Source: an uncultured Candidatus Saccharibacteria bacterium
GTDB lineage: Bacteria > Patescibacteriota > Minisyncoccia > Phycocordibacterales > DSPV01
DNA: 64,000 nucleotides
Reading direction: 5' to 3'
Assembly: GCA_964617735.1 (NCBI GenBank)
Contig: CAZTXT010000001.1
Coordinates: 138,338 to 202,337, forward strand
Positions within the stretch are counted from its first letter, which is position 1, and each line of letters begins with the position of its first letter. The notes below the pieces were generated by a model. It saw only the letters and a list, made by a program, of their open reading frames with translations, was not told the DNA's origin and did not search any database. Positions 1 to 9,932 of this stretch are shown here, piece by piece. A program made the translations under genes and the position numbers.

Positions 1-1477
1 ATTTGGTCGCCCGCCATTCTTGGGGAATGGTGAATATGATATCAACGGTGTTATCCGGTATCGTAAATGACACCGGGTTTGGGTCATTGATATCGCGCAT
101 CAGCACGAGGGTTTTCGTCGCGATATCGGGGAGATTTCGGTTGGGATAGATATGGATTCTAACCTCGTCAATCATCTGGGGGCTCCCAAGGACAACCTGC
201 CACCACCACAGCGGAGCGCAATCATTTTTCGTATAGGAAAAGCTGTCTTGGGAGCCGTCTATCGCTTTACTGGCTTCATATGACTTGCCGGTAGTGCTGT
301 CCGCTTGCGCCGTGCTGCACTGGCTGGTAAATGCATTTTGATAGCTTACTTTAGGATCGGGCGGCTGGGAATTGAGGAGAGAGAGCTGGGCGAGATCGTA
401 TTGCTCGTTCCAGGCATCTTCGTAGTCTCCCTGTGCTTCGTTCTGGTCGGCCGCGGTTGCCGAGCGCGCCTGGTCGCGCACCGTCGCGCGCACCGCGGCT
501 GTCTGTATGGACTGCCAGCTACTGGAGCGCAACTTGCTGGTATAGCTATCCCCTCCCGAGGAGAGCTGCGAGAGGCCTTGGGTGAGGACTTGATTGGCGA
601 GCGCGCCGACGACGGCATCAACCATTTCTCCGATCTCGTCGGCTGCTGCAAGCGCCTCGTCGGAAGTTCCGAGCGCGTGGATGAGCTGCTTATTGATGAC
701 ATCGCCGGGGGTATAGATGAGTCCGTTAATGCCATTGGTCAGTGACTTGAAGCCCCCGCCCCAGTCGGCGACCAGTTGGTTGGTCGCTTTTCCGCCCGCG
801 ACCCGGACCTTGAGTTCCGCATCCGCTTTCATGTAGGCTCCGTAGATATTGTTTTCGGGTATGAGAGTCGTCGCGCGCCAGCGATTCCAGTAATTCTTCT
901 TTCCCGCCACATCAATGCCGCCGTTGATGTAGAACTGCATGTTCTCGAGGTTGGAGGCGATCTTGGTGAGGGTGCAGGAGCGGTTACTGCGGGTGCTGTT
1001 TGTGCTCGCGCCGACATAGTTGAGATAGAGCGCAAGGCGTATGTCGAGGCCCAAGGGTGCGAGGGGTTTACAGAGGAATGCAAAGGGAGAGTTGAAAATG
1101 AACTGTCCCGCCAGCGAGTCGCCGATATTTAAAAAGAAGCTCTGCGGGTCGCTGATGAATGCGGGAGCGCCGTTAAAGCCGTTGCCGATCCAGCTGACCA
1201 ATTGGCCGGTCAACTGGCGGAGAATTGTTTTGGCGACCATCCATCCGACGCTGTCGAGCGCGAAATCCTTGAGCTTTTCGAACATCGTCGAGATGCCAGT
1301 TAGCCATTGGTTGGGGGTGTTCGGGATATCGTTAACGGGCACAACTCCCTGGGCTTCTGCGGTTCTCGGTGGCAACAGAAAGAAGGCAGGCGCTACAAAG
1401 CTCAAAAGAAGCGCCGCAACAATGAAAATTCGTGCTTTTTTTGGGATAGAGAAGTTCACTCTTTTCCTCCTCCCCAT
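1..1477 (-). CDS. secreted hypothetical protein, 5' part only (ORF runs off the window start; about 490 aa visible). N-terminal signal peptide MGRRKRVNFSIPKKARIFIVAALLLSFVAPAFFLLPPRTAEAQG. Not in the supplied ORF track because no stop codon lies inside the window.
   Basis: Manual translation of the minus strand stays open from 1477 down to position 1. GGAGG sits 6 nt before an alternative GTG start at 1459. ATG at 1477. Hydrophobic h-region followed by an AEA-like cleavage site. Protein-like composition throughout, whereas the competing plus-strand ORFs (305..745, 776..1132, 1041..1595) are low-complexity. Confidence 0.5.
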   Translation of the reverse strand, partial: MGRRKRVNFSIPKKARIFIVAALLLSFVAPAFFLLPPRTAEAQGVVPVNDIPNTPNQWLTGISTMFEKLKDFALDSVGWMVAKTILRQLTGQLVSWIGNGFNGAPAFISDPQSFFLNIGDSLAGQFIFNSPFAFLCKPLAPLGLDIRLALYLNYVGASTNSTRSNRSCTLTKIASNLENMQFYINGGIDVAGKKNYWNRWRATTLIPENNIYGAYMKADAELKVRVAGGKATNQLVADWGGGFKSLTNGINGLIYTPGDVINKQLIHALGTSDEALAAADEIGEMVDAVVGALANQVLTQGLSQLSSGGDSYTSKLRSSSWQSIQTAAVRATVRDQARSATAADQNEAQGDYEDAWNEQYDLAQLSLLNSQPPDPKVSYQNAFTSQCSTAQADSTTGKSYEASKAIDGSQDSFSYTKNDCAPLWWWQVVLGSPQMIDEVRIHIYPNRNLPDIATKTLVLMRDINDPNPVSFTIPDNTVDIIFTIPQEWRATK

Positions 1478-1579
1478 TATAGTCGCTCTTGAAGCCAAGC
1501 GTCTGTGGATTACTTTGCGCTGGCTTCATCTGAAAGACCGTTTCCCGCTGCTTATGCACTTTTGCTCTCCAGACGCTCT

Positions 1580-2512
1580 TTATTGTGTGAATTGAACGGA
1601 ATGCTGCTTAAAGTAGTTGTTGAGACTGGTGAACTGCTGATCGAAGAGAAGTCCCGTGCTCTGATAGGTGGTGAGCGCGGAGAGCGCGGTTACCGAATCG
1701 GATTGCACCATACTCATCGCATTGACGGTTTCGGCGAGCAGGCTCACCGTATTGACGAAATCGGTATGGAGCATAAGGGCGCTTTGGGGGACTTTCGCCG
1801 TCAAAAGGCTTTTGACGATGGCGCGGTAGTTGTCGGCTCGAGTGCTCAATTGTTTTATGAGGTTGGGGTCATCTTTTTGCAGGGCTGTTTGGAGGATTTC
1901 GATCTCGCTTTGCTGGTTGGGATTGAGGTAGGTGCGCAGAACCCCTACTACATAATTGGCATACGCGTTGATGGACTGTGGACTGTCGTAGACGACGCTG
2001 AACTGGTCTGGTGTGTATTCCGTCGCTGTTATTTTCACTTCGTTTTGCTTGAGGACGTCTTCCAAGGATGGCGGATTGCCGGAGCCGTTGGCCTGTTGTT
2101 GTTTGAGCTGGAGGTACGTCGTCAAGACATCCCTCGACAATTTTTCAGTCGGGGTGAGCTGATGCTCCGTTTGCGCCGGGACCTCCACGGCAGTTTCGAT
2201 TTTGTCGTTGGGGCCTTTGACCAGCGGATCGCGGCCTGCCCGCACCTCGGCGCCATCTGGCGTGCCGTCGCCGTCAGTGTCCGCTTTATGCGGGTCGGTT
2301 TTCCAGAGCGCTTCTTCCCAGTCGGAAAGTCCATCGCCGTCGCTATCCGCTGACAACACTGCATTGGTGGTCGAACTCTCTACTGCGACCAAGGGTTGGA
2401 GCGGTGCTTGATAGGTGACTGCTTTATGGGAGATGGCAGAGACGATGTAGCCTGCCGCCATGATGCAGACGGCGACGAGGAGTGCTAAAAAAACATTTTT
2501 TCGCGGATTCAT
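1580..2512 (-). CDS. membrane-anchored or secreted protein with thrombospondin type 3-like calcium-binding repeats (DSDGDGLSDWEE, DTDGDGTPDGAE)
   Basis: 310-aa ORF. N-terminal TM or signal anchor (VFLALLVAVCIMAAGYIV). Two DxDxDG aspartate-rich loops typical of TSP3 or calcium-binding repeats. Confidence 0.55.
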   Translation of the reverse strand: MNPRKNVFLALLVAVCIMAAGYIVSAISHKAVTYQAPLQPLVAVESSTTNAVLSADSDGDGLSDWEEALWKTDPHKADTDGDGTPDGAEVRAGRDPLVKGPNDKIETAVEVPAQTEHQLTPTEKLSRDVLTTYLQLKQQQANGSGNPPSLEDVLKQNEVKITATEYTPDQFSVVYDSPQSINAYANYVVGVLRTYLNPNQQSEIEILQTALQKDDPNLIKQLSTRADNYRAIVKSLLTAKVPQSALMLHTDFVNTVSLLAETVNAMSMVQSDSVTALSALTTYQSTGLLFDQQFTSLNNYFKQHSVQFTQ

Positions 2513-2543
2513 CCCTGTAGTATAGCAAACCTATCACCCTTGT

Positions 2544-3848
2544 GTGGATTCAAAGTTTGTGCGTGGTACAATTGAGACGATGAAGCCGCTATCTTCACAG
2601 GTGCTTGCCTTACTGACGTTCTCGACGGGTCTTTTGGGTATTTTTATGTTCGCCGCTTCTGCTCGAGCCGATACAGCGCTTTTGACGCAGAACCTTAGAA
2701 TCGGAGACAAAAATCCCCAAGTGCTTATCCTCCAGCGGCTTTTGAATGCCGATTCCTCGACGGCGATCGCAGCCGTCGGGCCCGGATCGCCCGGATCAGA
2801 AACCGATTATTTCGGGGCGCTGACGAGAGCGGCAGTCATGCGATTCCAGTATAAATACCGTACCGAGATTCTCTATCCGGCGAGCATCTACTCTCCGACG
2901 GGTTTTGTTGGTGTCCTCACCCGAGCGAAATTCAATACTTTGCAGGCCGTGCGTTCGGTGCCGGTCGCTACGTCCGCTCCCGTTACCCAAAAGCCGAAGG
3001 TGCTCTCGGTTTCTCCCGCGCGGGTGCGCCGCGGCGATAGTGTAGTCGTCTCGGGCGAGAATTTCACACCAACCGGAAATACGATAACGCTCGGCGATGG
3101 GCCCGTTTCAGAGCAATTTGCAGATCTTCCCTCCCCCGATGGCAAGACGATCACGTTCGTGTATAAGCCGCCGGACATAAAGAATATGACCGAGCCGCAG
3201 GTCCGCTCCCTGCCGCCGAACTCGGTGTCGCAGATAGAGAATCCGGTCAAAGCGGCCGGATGGGATCTCGCGGATGCGCTCGTTCCCTACAAAGATGTTC
3301 ACAGCGAAGCGGAACTGAAGGCGGGGCTCGAGCGCAACGGGCACTCGTTCGATGAGATGTACCATTATTTCTGGGTCATTGTCGAGAATGCGCAAGGCAG
3401 AGGCAGTTCCCACACCGCGCTCCTCCACGGTTTGCGCAGTTTCCCGTTTGAGACGGTCGCCAAGGCAGAGAATAATAATAAGAAGAGCGAAGAGACTCGC
3501 GATACTTCGCTCTTCTCGAATATCCGCAACGGAATTACGAATGCCGCTAGATCCCTCTTTCCCGTCGCCTCCGCGCAGGGCACGGGCGGTGGCATCACCT
3601 CTGGCATCGTCATGGTCTGCACCTGCAGCGAAAGCATCATGACATTCCAATTGGATTTCGCCGGAGGCGGCTCGGGGCTGTATGTCTTTGAGCCTGGTTT
3701 CATCCCCAGCGCTGGTAGCGGCATCGTTGCCGGCTTCTGGCTCGGCGGGTATGAGACCATGGGTGGCGAATGCTCGATCTATTACGGATACGGATGTATC
3801 GATATCCAGGCGAACATACCGCAAAACCCCGTCGGCTACTCGTTTTAG
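2544..3848 (+). CDS. secreted protein with peptidoglycan-binding (PG_binding_1-like) domain plus IPT/TIG-like domain and a Gly/Cys-rich C-terminus. Likely true start at MKPLSSQVLALL (about 2580).
   Basis: Signal peptide after the internal Met. Motif LRIGDKNPQVLILQRLL...YFGALTRAAVMRFQ resembles the PG-binding helical repeat. PKVLSVSPARVRRGDSVVVSGENF resembles IPT/TIG. Confidence 0.6.
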   Translation: MDSKFVRGTIETMKPLSSQVLALLTFSTGLLGIFMFAASARADTALLTQNLRIGDKNPQVLILQRLLNADSSTAIAAVGPGSPGSETDYFGALTRAAVMRFQYKYRTEILYPASIYSPTGFVGVLTRAKFNTLQAVRSVPVATSAPVTQKPKVLSVSPARVRRGDSVVVSGENFTPTGNTITLGDGPVSEQFADLPSPDGKTITFVYKPPDIKNMTEPQVRSLPPNSVSQIENPVKAAGWDLADALVPYKDVHSEAELKAGLERNGHSFDEMYHYFWVIVENAQGRGSSHTALLHGLRSFPFETVAKAENNNKKSEETRDTSLFSNIRNGITNAARSLFPVASAQGTGGGITSGIVMVCTCSESIMTFQLDFAGGGSGLYVFEPGFIPSAGSGIVAGFWLGGYETMGGECSIYYGYGCIDIQANIPQNPVGYSF

Positions 3849-3857
3849 GACGTATGG

Positions 3858-4658
3858 TTAGTTTTTGGGTAGCGGAGGAAGTGCCTGCGCGAGCATCTTC
3901 CACTTTGCGATGGAGACGTCCTCCGCGCGTGCATTCTCGGATAGCTCGAGCCGCTTGAACAGAGAGTGCAGGATTTCCGATGCGGCAAAAACCGAGAGGT
4001 TGCCCATGAGCCGCTTCCTTTTTTGGCTGAATCCGCGCTTGACCACCTCGAAGAAGTGCCCCTCGTCGAGGCGCTTGAAGGCATCTTTGGAGATGTTGCT
4101 GATGGAGAGGATAGCCGAGTCTACTTTTGGTTTTGGAGAGAACGATGCTGCCTCGACGGTCTGTATATATTTCGGCGTTCCGTATGCTTTGACCGAGATC
4201 GAGAGAATGCTCTCTTTTCCACCGCGGCCGCAAATACGCTCGGCAACTTCTTTTTGCAGCAGAAGGACCATGCGCGAGGGCGGGACCGGTCCCGAGAGGA
4301 AGTGCCGGAGGAATTGTCCGGTTATGTAGTAGGGAATGTTGGCGATCACTTTGTAGCCGCCCGACTGCAAGAGCGCTCTCGCCGGATCGAACTGGAGCAC
4401 GTCGTCCGCGATCAATTTCAATTTTTCGGATTCAACCTGCGGTTTGAATTTGAAGGCGAGGAAAAAAACGAGGCGCGGATCTTTTTCGATCGCGATGACT
4501 TCCCGCGCGCAGTTAAGCAAGCTCTCTGTCAATATGCCTTTGCCGGGTCCGGCTTCAAGCACGATGTCGTGCGAGTCTACTACCCCCGCCTCAAGCATGG
4601 CGTCGATAGCCTGCGCTGACTTGAGGAAATGCTGGCCGAGACTTTTCTTTGCGTACAT
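3858..4658 (-). CDS. rsmA: 16S rRNA (adenine1518/1519-N6)-dimethyltransferase RsmA/KsgA
   Basis: N-terminus KKSLGQHFLKS and SAM-binding VLEAGPGKGILT. Length 266 aa, typical of KsgA. Confidence 0.9.
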   Translation of the reverse strand: MYAKKSLGQHFLKSAQAIDAMLEAGVVDSHDIVLEAGPGKGILTESLLNCAREVIAIEKDPRLVFFLAFKFKPQVESEKLKLIADDVLQFDPARALLQSGGYKVIANIPYYITGQFLRHFLSGPVPPSRMVLLLQKEVAERICGRGGKESILSISVKAYGTPKYIQTVEAASFSPKPKVDSAILSISNISKDAFKRLDEGHFFEVVKRGFSQKRKRLMGNLSVFAASEILHSLFKRLELSENARAEDVSIAKWKMLAQALPPLPKN

Positions 4659-4701
4659 ACCGACCAGTCTACTTATTTTGCCTTCTTAGGGAAGGCCTTG
4701 T

Positions 4702-6651
4702 TCAATCGAATTTGATTATTTTCAGGAAGCGATGCGGGTGGCGTTCTTCCGCATGTGTCGTATCTTCGATATCGGAGAGGAATTCGGACGGCACCGAGAC
4801 CTGCCGCGCTCCGAAGATGGTCCGCACGGATGCATGCGATAGGTATACTTTTCTGCGCGCGCGGGTGAGCGCGACGTAGAAAAGCCGCCGCTCCTCTTCG
4901 GCTTCCTCGAGATCTTCCCCGCCCTCCTTCTTTTCGTGCGGAAAAAGGTCTTGCTCGAGTCCGGTAATGAAGACGAAATCGAATTCCAACCCTTTTGACG
5001 CGTGCACCGTCATCAATCGCACCGATTTTTTATCCGCGTCGATCTCATCCTGCTCCGACGAGAGCGAGATGTCGGAGAGCAGTTTCTCGATGCCTTCTTC
5101 GGGAGGCAGGGGATCGTAGGAGAGCGCGACGGTCGCGAGCTCTTTGACGTTCTCAAGCCGCTCGCGGTCGTCTTCGCTGCCGTGAGCGAGGTGCGATTGA
5201 ATCCCGCTTTCTTTGAGAACAAATTTTATGGTCTCCGAAGGTTTTGCAGCGAGGGCTTTCGTTTTGATTCGCGCGAGGAGTGAGTGGAATGCCGCGACTT
5301 TTTCGCGCGCAGAACCGCGCAGCTCGTGCTCTTTTCCGGCGAGCATTTTGAGCAGCGTCAATTTGCCGATGCCGCGCGGCGGGAAGCCCGCCGCGCGCTT
5401 GATATCGCCGCCACTTTCGGGATTGAGCGCCGCTTTGATATAGGAGAGCGTATCTTTGACCTCTCTGCGCTCGAAGAATCGCGTCCCGAGCACCTGGTAG
5501 GGCAGCTGCGCTTCGAGCATCGCCTGTTCCAGCGCCCGAGATTGAAAGTTCGCCCGATAGAGCACGGCGATCGAGCCGGGTTTCGCGCCCGCTCGTATCA
5601 ATTGTGCGATGGTGTCGGCTACGAATGCGGCTTCGTCGTTCTCGTCGTATGCGGCAAAGACCGTTATCGCGTCGCCCGTGGGATTTTGCGTGAACAGATT
5701 TTTCTCGAATCGCACGGTATTCTTTTTTATGACCGCATTCGCCGCCTTTAGGATCATTTTGGTCGAGCGGTAGTTCTCTTCGAGACGAATGATGGTAGTT
5801 TTGGGATAATCCCGCTCGAAGTGAAGGAGATTTTTGATGCGCGCACCGCGCCAGGTGTATATGGTTTGATCCACATCGCCGACGGCAAAGACGTTTTTAT
5901 GCGTTGCAGAGAGTATCTGCACCAGCTCGTACTGCGCGCGGTTGGTATCCTGATATTCGTCCACATGTATGTGGCTCCAACGCCGCTGGTAGCGCTCGAG
6001 CACCTCGGGATGTTTTTTGAAGAGCCGTATCGCCTCGACGAGGAGATCGTCGAAATCGAGCGCATGCTCTTTGCGTAATTTTGCGTCATACCGCTCCCAG
6101 AGCGAAGCGACCAACTCGTGGTAATAATTCCCCCCTTCGGATACCAGCTCATCGGGACTCTGAAGATTCCCCTTATGCCGTGAAATAGTGGAGAGGATGC
6201 GGCCCGGCTCGACGCTTTTCGGATCGATGCCCACTTCCTCCATGACATCTTTGAGCGCCGCTTTCGAATCCGCTCGATCGTAGATGGAAAAATGGCGCGA
6301 CAGGTGCATCAGGGCGCTGTTCTCGCGGATAATGGAGGTCGCGAGCGCGTGGAAGGTGCTGACGAACGGGAATTTCTCTTCCGCTGACGCAGCACTCTGT
6401 CCGGTCAACTCTCCTACCGCCCTCATGACCCGCTCTTTCATTTCGGATGCGGCCTTATTGGTGAAGGTGATAGCAAGAATGGACTCCGGCTCGATTCCGT
6501 TGCGTATTAAGTGAACGATCCGAGCGGTTATGGTGCGCGTTTTTCCCGCCCCGGCACCGGCTAACACCAAAACCGGCTCTTGGGCTTTTACCGCCTCCTG
6601 TTGAGCCGCATTAAGGCCCAAAAGATGCTTTTCGCTGTTTTCAGGAGTCAT
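4702..6651 (-). CDS. uvrD: ATP-dependent DNA helicase, UvrD/PcrA family
   Basis: Walker A AGAGAGKTRTI. Motifs DEYQDTN, VGDVDQTIY, YRS and TVHASKGLEFDFVF. 649 aa. Confidence 0.9.
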   Translation of the reverse strand: MTPENSEKHLLGLNAAQQEAVKAQEPVLVLAGAGAGKTRTITARIVHLIRNGIEPESILAITFTNKAASEMKERVMRAVGELTGQSAASAEEKFPFVSTFHALATSIIRENSALMHLSRHFSIYDRADSKAALKDVMEEVGIDPKSVEPGRILSTISRHKGNLQSPDELVSEGGNYYHELVASLWERYDAKLRKEHALDFDDLLVEAIRLFKKHPEVLERYQRRWSHIHVDEYQDTNRAQYELVQILSATHKNVFAVGDVDQTIYTWRGARIKNLLHFERDYPKTTIIRLEENYRSTKMILKAANAVIKKNTVRFEKNLFTQNPTGDAITVFAAYDENDEAAFVADTIAQLIRAGAKPGSIAVLYRANFQSRALEQAMLEAQLPYQVLGTRFFERREVKDTLSYIKAALNPESGGDIKRAAGFPPRGIGKLTLLKMLAGKEHELRGSAREKVAAFHSLLARIKTKALAAKPSETIKFVLKESGIQSHLAHGSEDDRERLENVKELATVALSYDPLPPEEGIEKLLSDISLSSEQDEIDADKKSVRLMTVHASKGLEFDFVFITGLEQDLFPHEKKEGGEDLEEAEEERRLFYVALTRARRKVYLSHASVRTIFGARQVSVPSEFLSDIEDTTHAEERHPHRFLKIIKFD

Positions 6652-6728
6652 TAGTTCGGCACACTATACCATAGAGCCCTCTCTTTTTTGGTCGGCCAAC
6701 GCTGTCCACAGCTCAACGAGACTTGATT

Positions 6729-6757
6729 GACTTGCACCTTTGCGCAGGAGTATATTG
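6729..6757 (+). promoter_or_regulatory. sigma70-like promoter candidate (TTGACT - 17 nt - GTATAT) in the divergent uvrD/LysM-M23 intergenic region
   Basis: Hexamers and spacing read directly from the sequence. A GGCTCTGTAGAGCC palindrome lies just downstream (6793..6806). Confidence 0.3.
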
Positions 6758-6945
6758 GAAGGGTTCAGGTACGTTCCCGAAATCGTTTAATGGCTCTGTA
6801 GAGCCATATTTACAGAAAATCCGTTTTATCCATTAATCTAGGGCTTATTTTACTATTTCGACGTGACCCAACAGTCCATACAAAACTAAAGTCGGGACTG
6901 AAGGCGAAAAATTCGTTCTCCAAGGCCGTTTTTGTTCCGCGGCTC

Positions 6946-7938
6946 TTGTTTGCGTTCACGCTCGTGACCGTACCGTTTTTTGCGTACGCGGGGATCTTTT
7001 CCATCCTCTCCGGATTCTTCAGCGGCGGCGGTGAGGGAACCAGTGAGATGCAGGAGAACTCACAGACGCTTGCACTCTTGCAGGCGGCAGCCAATACCGA
7101 TCCTGTTTCGTCAGCTCGCGGCGGCGGTGATATCTCTATCGTCGACAACTCCGCGCTCCTCCCCGAGACGGGCCCGAGCGGCAGTCTTGCCGACGTAGAG
7201 AGCGGCACTACCCATAACGGGAAGATCAGCGTTTATATTGTCCGCAAGGGAGACACACTCTCGCAGATCGCGAAAATGTTTGGCGTTACCACTAATACGA
7301 TCATTTGGGGGAACGACATCAAAGGGGGTCTGATCCACGAGGGTCAGACCCTTACTATTTTGCCGGTCTCGGGCGTGCAACATACGGTCAAAAAGGGAGA
7401 TACCGTTAAAAGCATCGCGAAACTCTACAAAGCTGATGCCGACGAGATCGTCCAATATAATGATCTGGATGAAAATACAGCGCTTACCGTCGGTTCAGTG
7501 ATCGTTGTTCCCGATGGAGAGCTTGAGATCATACCGTCGGTTCGTTCGACCGGAAGAACTTCCCCACTGCGCGGTGCCGGAGGCCCTGATTACGGCGACT
7601 ATTATTTGCGGCCGATTGTCGGCGGGGTGCGCACCCAAGGTTTGCATGGATATAACGGCGTCGATCTCGCAGCGTACCGCGGGGCGCCGATACTCGCGTC
7701 GGCAACGGGGGATGTTATCGTCGCCAAAAGTGGCGGGTGGAACGGCGGCTATGGCAATTATGTCGTCCTCAATCACGACAACGGAACTCAAACTTTGTAT
7801 GCACACTTAAGCAGTCTCATTGTAAGCGTAGGACAGTCAGTTGTTCGCGGGCAGGTCATTGGTTTTGAAGGCTCGACGGGCAAGGCGACCGGACCACATT
7901 TGCATTTCGAGATCCGCGGCGCAAAAAATCCGTTCTAA
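6946..7938 (+). CDS. LysM-domain M23 family metallopeptidase (peptidoglycan endopeptidase)
   Basis: Two LysM repeats (YIVRKGDTLSQIAKMFGV..., HTVKKGDTVKSIAKLYK...). M23 motifs HGYNGVDLAA and GSTGKATGPHLHFEIR. N-terminal hydrophobic anchor. The start codon (TTG at 6946) is uncertain. Confidence 0.85.
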   Translation: MFAFTLVTVPFFAYAGIFSILSGFFSGGGEGTSEMQENSQTLALLQAAANTDPVSSARGGGDISIVDNSALLPETGPSGSLADVESGTTHNGKISVYIVRKGDTLSQIAKMFGVTTNTIIWGNDIKGGLIHEGQTLTILPVSGVQHTVKKGDTVKSIAKLYKADADEIVQYNDLDENTALTVGSVIVVPDGELEIIPSVRSTGRTSPLRGAGGPDYGDYYLRPIVGGVRTQGLHGYNGVDLAAYRGAPILASATGDVIVAKSGGWNGGYGNYVVLNHDNGTQTLYAHLSSLIVSVGQSVVRGQVIGFEGSTGKATGPHLHFEIRGAKNPF

Positions 7939-9482
7939 AGATTTTGGGCAAGTTGTTTGGGCCGATAGGACAGCGCTTCCATCACATGTTTGCGGGTAAC
8001 CGCTTGGTCGCCTGCAAGATCCGCAATCGTTCGCGCGAGTTTGAGGACGCGATGATACGCGCGTCCGGAGAGATCGAGTTTTGCCGCCGATGCATTGAAT
8101 TCTCTCCGATCGTCTGGGCTTAACGTAACGAGCCGGTCGAGGTCTTTTGCCGTAAGCTCGCTGTTCGTTCGATATGGAAGTCCGGCGTTTTTGAACCGCT
8201 CATGCTGCCGCTCTCGGGCGCGTACGATGCGCTGCATCACCGCAGCGCTCGCTTCCCCGCGCTTCGACTCGTCGGAGAGCGTCGAATATTCTACAGGACC
8301 TACCTCGACCCACAGATCGATGCGGTCCATAATGGGCCCGGAGATTTTGCGGCGATAGCGGATGAGTTGGGTTTGCGTGCAGATGCAGGGCTTACGCGAT
8401 CCCCAGTTGCCGCAGGGACACGGGTTCATCGCGGCGATGAGTATGAATTGGGCGGGATAGGATGCGAAACCTTTCACCCTCGTGATCGAAATGGTCCTAT
8501 CCTCGAGCGGCTGCCGAAGGCCTTCGATGACCCGATGCTCGAATTCGGGGAATTCATCCAAAAAGAGCACGCCGTGATGCGCGAGCGTTATCTCGCCGGG
8601 CTTCGGCGTCGTCCCTCCCCCGACGATGGAGACGTGTGAAGCGGTATGATGCGGCGAGCGGAAGGGCGCGGTGGTAATGAGTTCTCCCTTAAGGGTCCCC
8701 GCGATCGAATGGATCGCGGTCGCATCGAGTATCTGTTCAAAGGTAAGCGATGGCAAGAGAGCCGTGAAGGCGCGCGCAAGCATGGTTTTTCCGGTACCGG
8801 GCGGCCCGTACATCGCGATGTTGTGCGCACCAGCAGCGGCGATTTCGAGACCGCGTTTGGCGCTCTCCTGGCCTCTGATATCGGAGAGGTCGATGGATGA
8901 ACTGGCGCTCTGACTTTGGATTTTCGTTTTGCTCTGCAGCGGGATTTTTATTTTTTGCGGGGCTTTATCATTCAGATGGGCGATGACCTCGGAGAGGGAT
9001 GTTACGGGAAAGACATCGATGCCTTCAATGAGCGCCGCTTCGCGTGCATTGGCTGCAGGTACGTAGAGTTCCCTAAATCCACTCCGTTTGGCGGCTTTCG
9101 TCAGCGGCAGGGTTCCGGTGATCGGACGCACCGCACCATCGAGCGCGAGCTCTCCGAGAAAGAGCCGGCGTGCAGGATCGAAAACGATCTCTTCTGCGGC
9201 GAGCAGGTAGCCCAACGCCATCGCGAGATCGAAATTGGCGCCCTCTTTTTTAAGATCCGCGGGCGCGAGCGACACCACGACTTTTTGGTTCTTGCTCTTG
9301 GGAGAATCGAATCCGGAATTTTTTATGGCGGATGCGATACGATCTCGCGCCTCCTCGACGGCTTTATCGGGAAGTCCGACGATAGAGAATGCATGCAGTC
9401 CTCTCGAGAGATCGACTTCAACGTCGATGATCGCGCCGTCGAGGAGGGTTGTCTGGGCGCTGTACGTTTTTGCGAAAGACAT
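7935..9482 (-). CDS. comM: Mg-chelatase-like AAA+ ATPase YifB/ComM (competence-associated)
   Basis: Lon-like N-terminal domain. Walker A GPPGTGKT. C-terminal Mg_chelatase motifs. 515 aa. Confidence 0.9.
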   Translation of the reverse strand: MSFAKTYSAQTTLLDGAIIDVEVDLSRGLHAFSIVGLPDKAVEEARDRIASAIKNSGFDSPKSKNQKVVVSLAPADLKKEGANFDLAMALGYLLAAEEIVFDPARRLFLGELALDGAVRPITGTLPLTKAAKRSGFRELYVPAANAREAALIEGIDVFPVTSLSEVIAHLNDKAPQKIKIPLQSKTKIQSQSASSSIDLSDIRGQESAKRGLEIAAAGAHNIAMYGPPGTGKTMLARAFTALLPSLTFEQILDATAIHSIAGTLKGELITTAPFRSPHHTASHVSIVGGGTTPKPGEITLAHHGVLFLDEFPEFEHRVIEGLRQPLEDRTISITRVKGFASYPAQFILIAAMNPCPCGNWGSRKPCICTQTQLIRYRRKISGPIMDRIDLWVEVGPVEYSTLSDESKRGEASAAVMQRIVRARERQHERFKNAGLPYRTNSELTAKDLDRLVTLSPDDRREFNASAAKLDLSGRAYHRVLKLARTIADLAGDQAVTRKHVMEALSYRPKQLAQNL

Positions 9483-9527
9483 AGCGATGCGGATTAGTAT
9501 TGTGCGCTCGGTGTTTGACCGAGTCTG

Positions 9528-9890
9528 TTACTGCATATGCTTCAGACACGTCGTTGCAGCCGGATTTGCTTCCAGTCGTCGCAGGTCAATCGGGTCGCCA
9601 CAGACGCTGCAGAGCCCGTACACCCCTTTCTCGATGCGCTCGAGAGCGGCTTTGATCTCATTGACACGTATCTCGAGTTGTTTGAGGATAGCGGTGTTTT
9701 CTTCGTAGGATTCGATGCCATCCGCGACCTCGTTGGGGTCGGCAGCCATGATATCGAGTTTATCTGGAACCGCTTCCCAGTCTTTCGGATTGCTCGGATT
9801 GATCCGGCCGATGGATGCAAGTTCTGATTCCACTTGCGCACGCTCTTCTTCGAGGCGTGCTTTAAATTTTTCTTGAGACCCTTTTTCCAT
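9528..9890 (-). CDS. dksA: DksA/TraR family C4-type zinc-finger protein
   Basis: Coiled-coil N-terminus plus C-terminal CSVCGDPI...TCLKH four-cysteine motif. 120 aa. Confidence 0.75.
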   Translation of the reverse strand: MEKGSQEKFKARLEEERAQVESELASIGRINPSNPKDWEAVPDKLDIMAADPNEVADGIESYEENTAILKQLEIRVNEIKAALERIEKGVYGLCSVCGDPIDLRRLEANPAATTCLKHMQ

Positions 9891-9932
9891 AATGGTATGG
9901 TAGCGAGTCGAGCTTCAAAATGCAACTGGAAT

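Noticed and set aside
305-1595. Plus-strand track ORFs 305..745, 776..1132 and 1041..1595 at the window start
   Set aside because: Their translations are low-complexity and Arg/Ala/Gly-biased. The minus strand has a continuous, protein-like reading frame with a signal peptide running off the window edge. The plus ORFs are antisense artefacts of that gene.
4702-6651. Embedded track ORFs inside uvrD (for example 5754..6248 minus, 5284..5751 plus)
   Set aside because: They are alternative frames of a gene whose helicase motifs are continuous across the whole 649-aa frame. The alternatives have no RBS and no domain.
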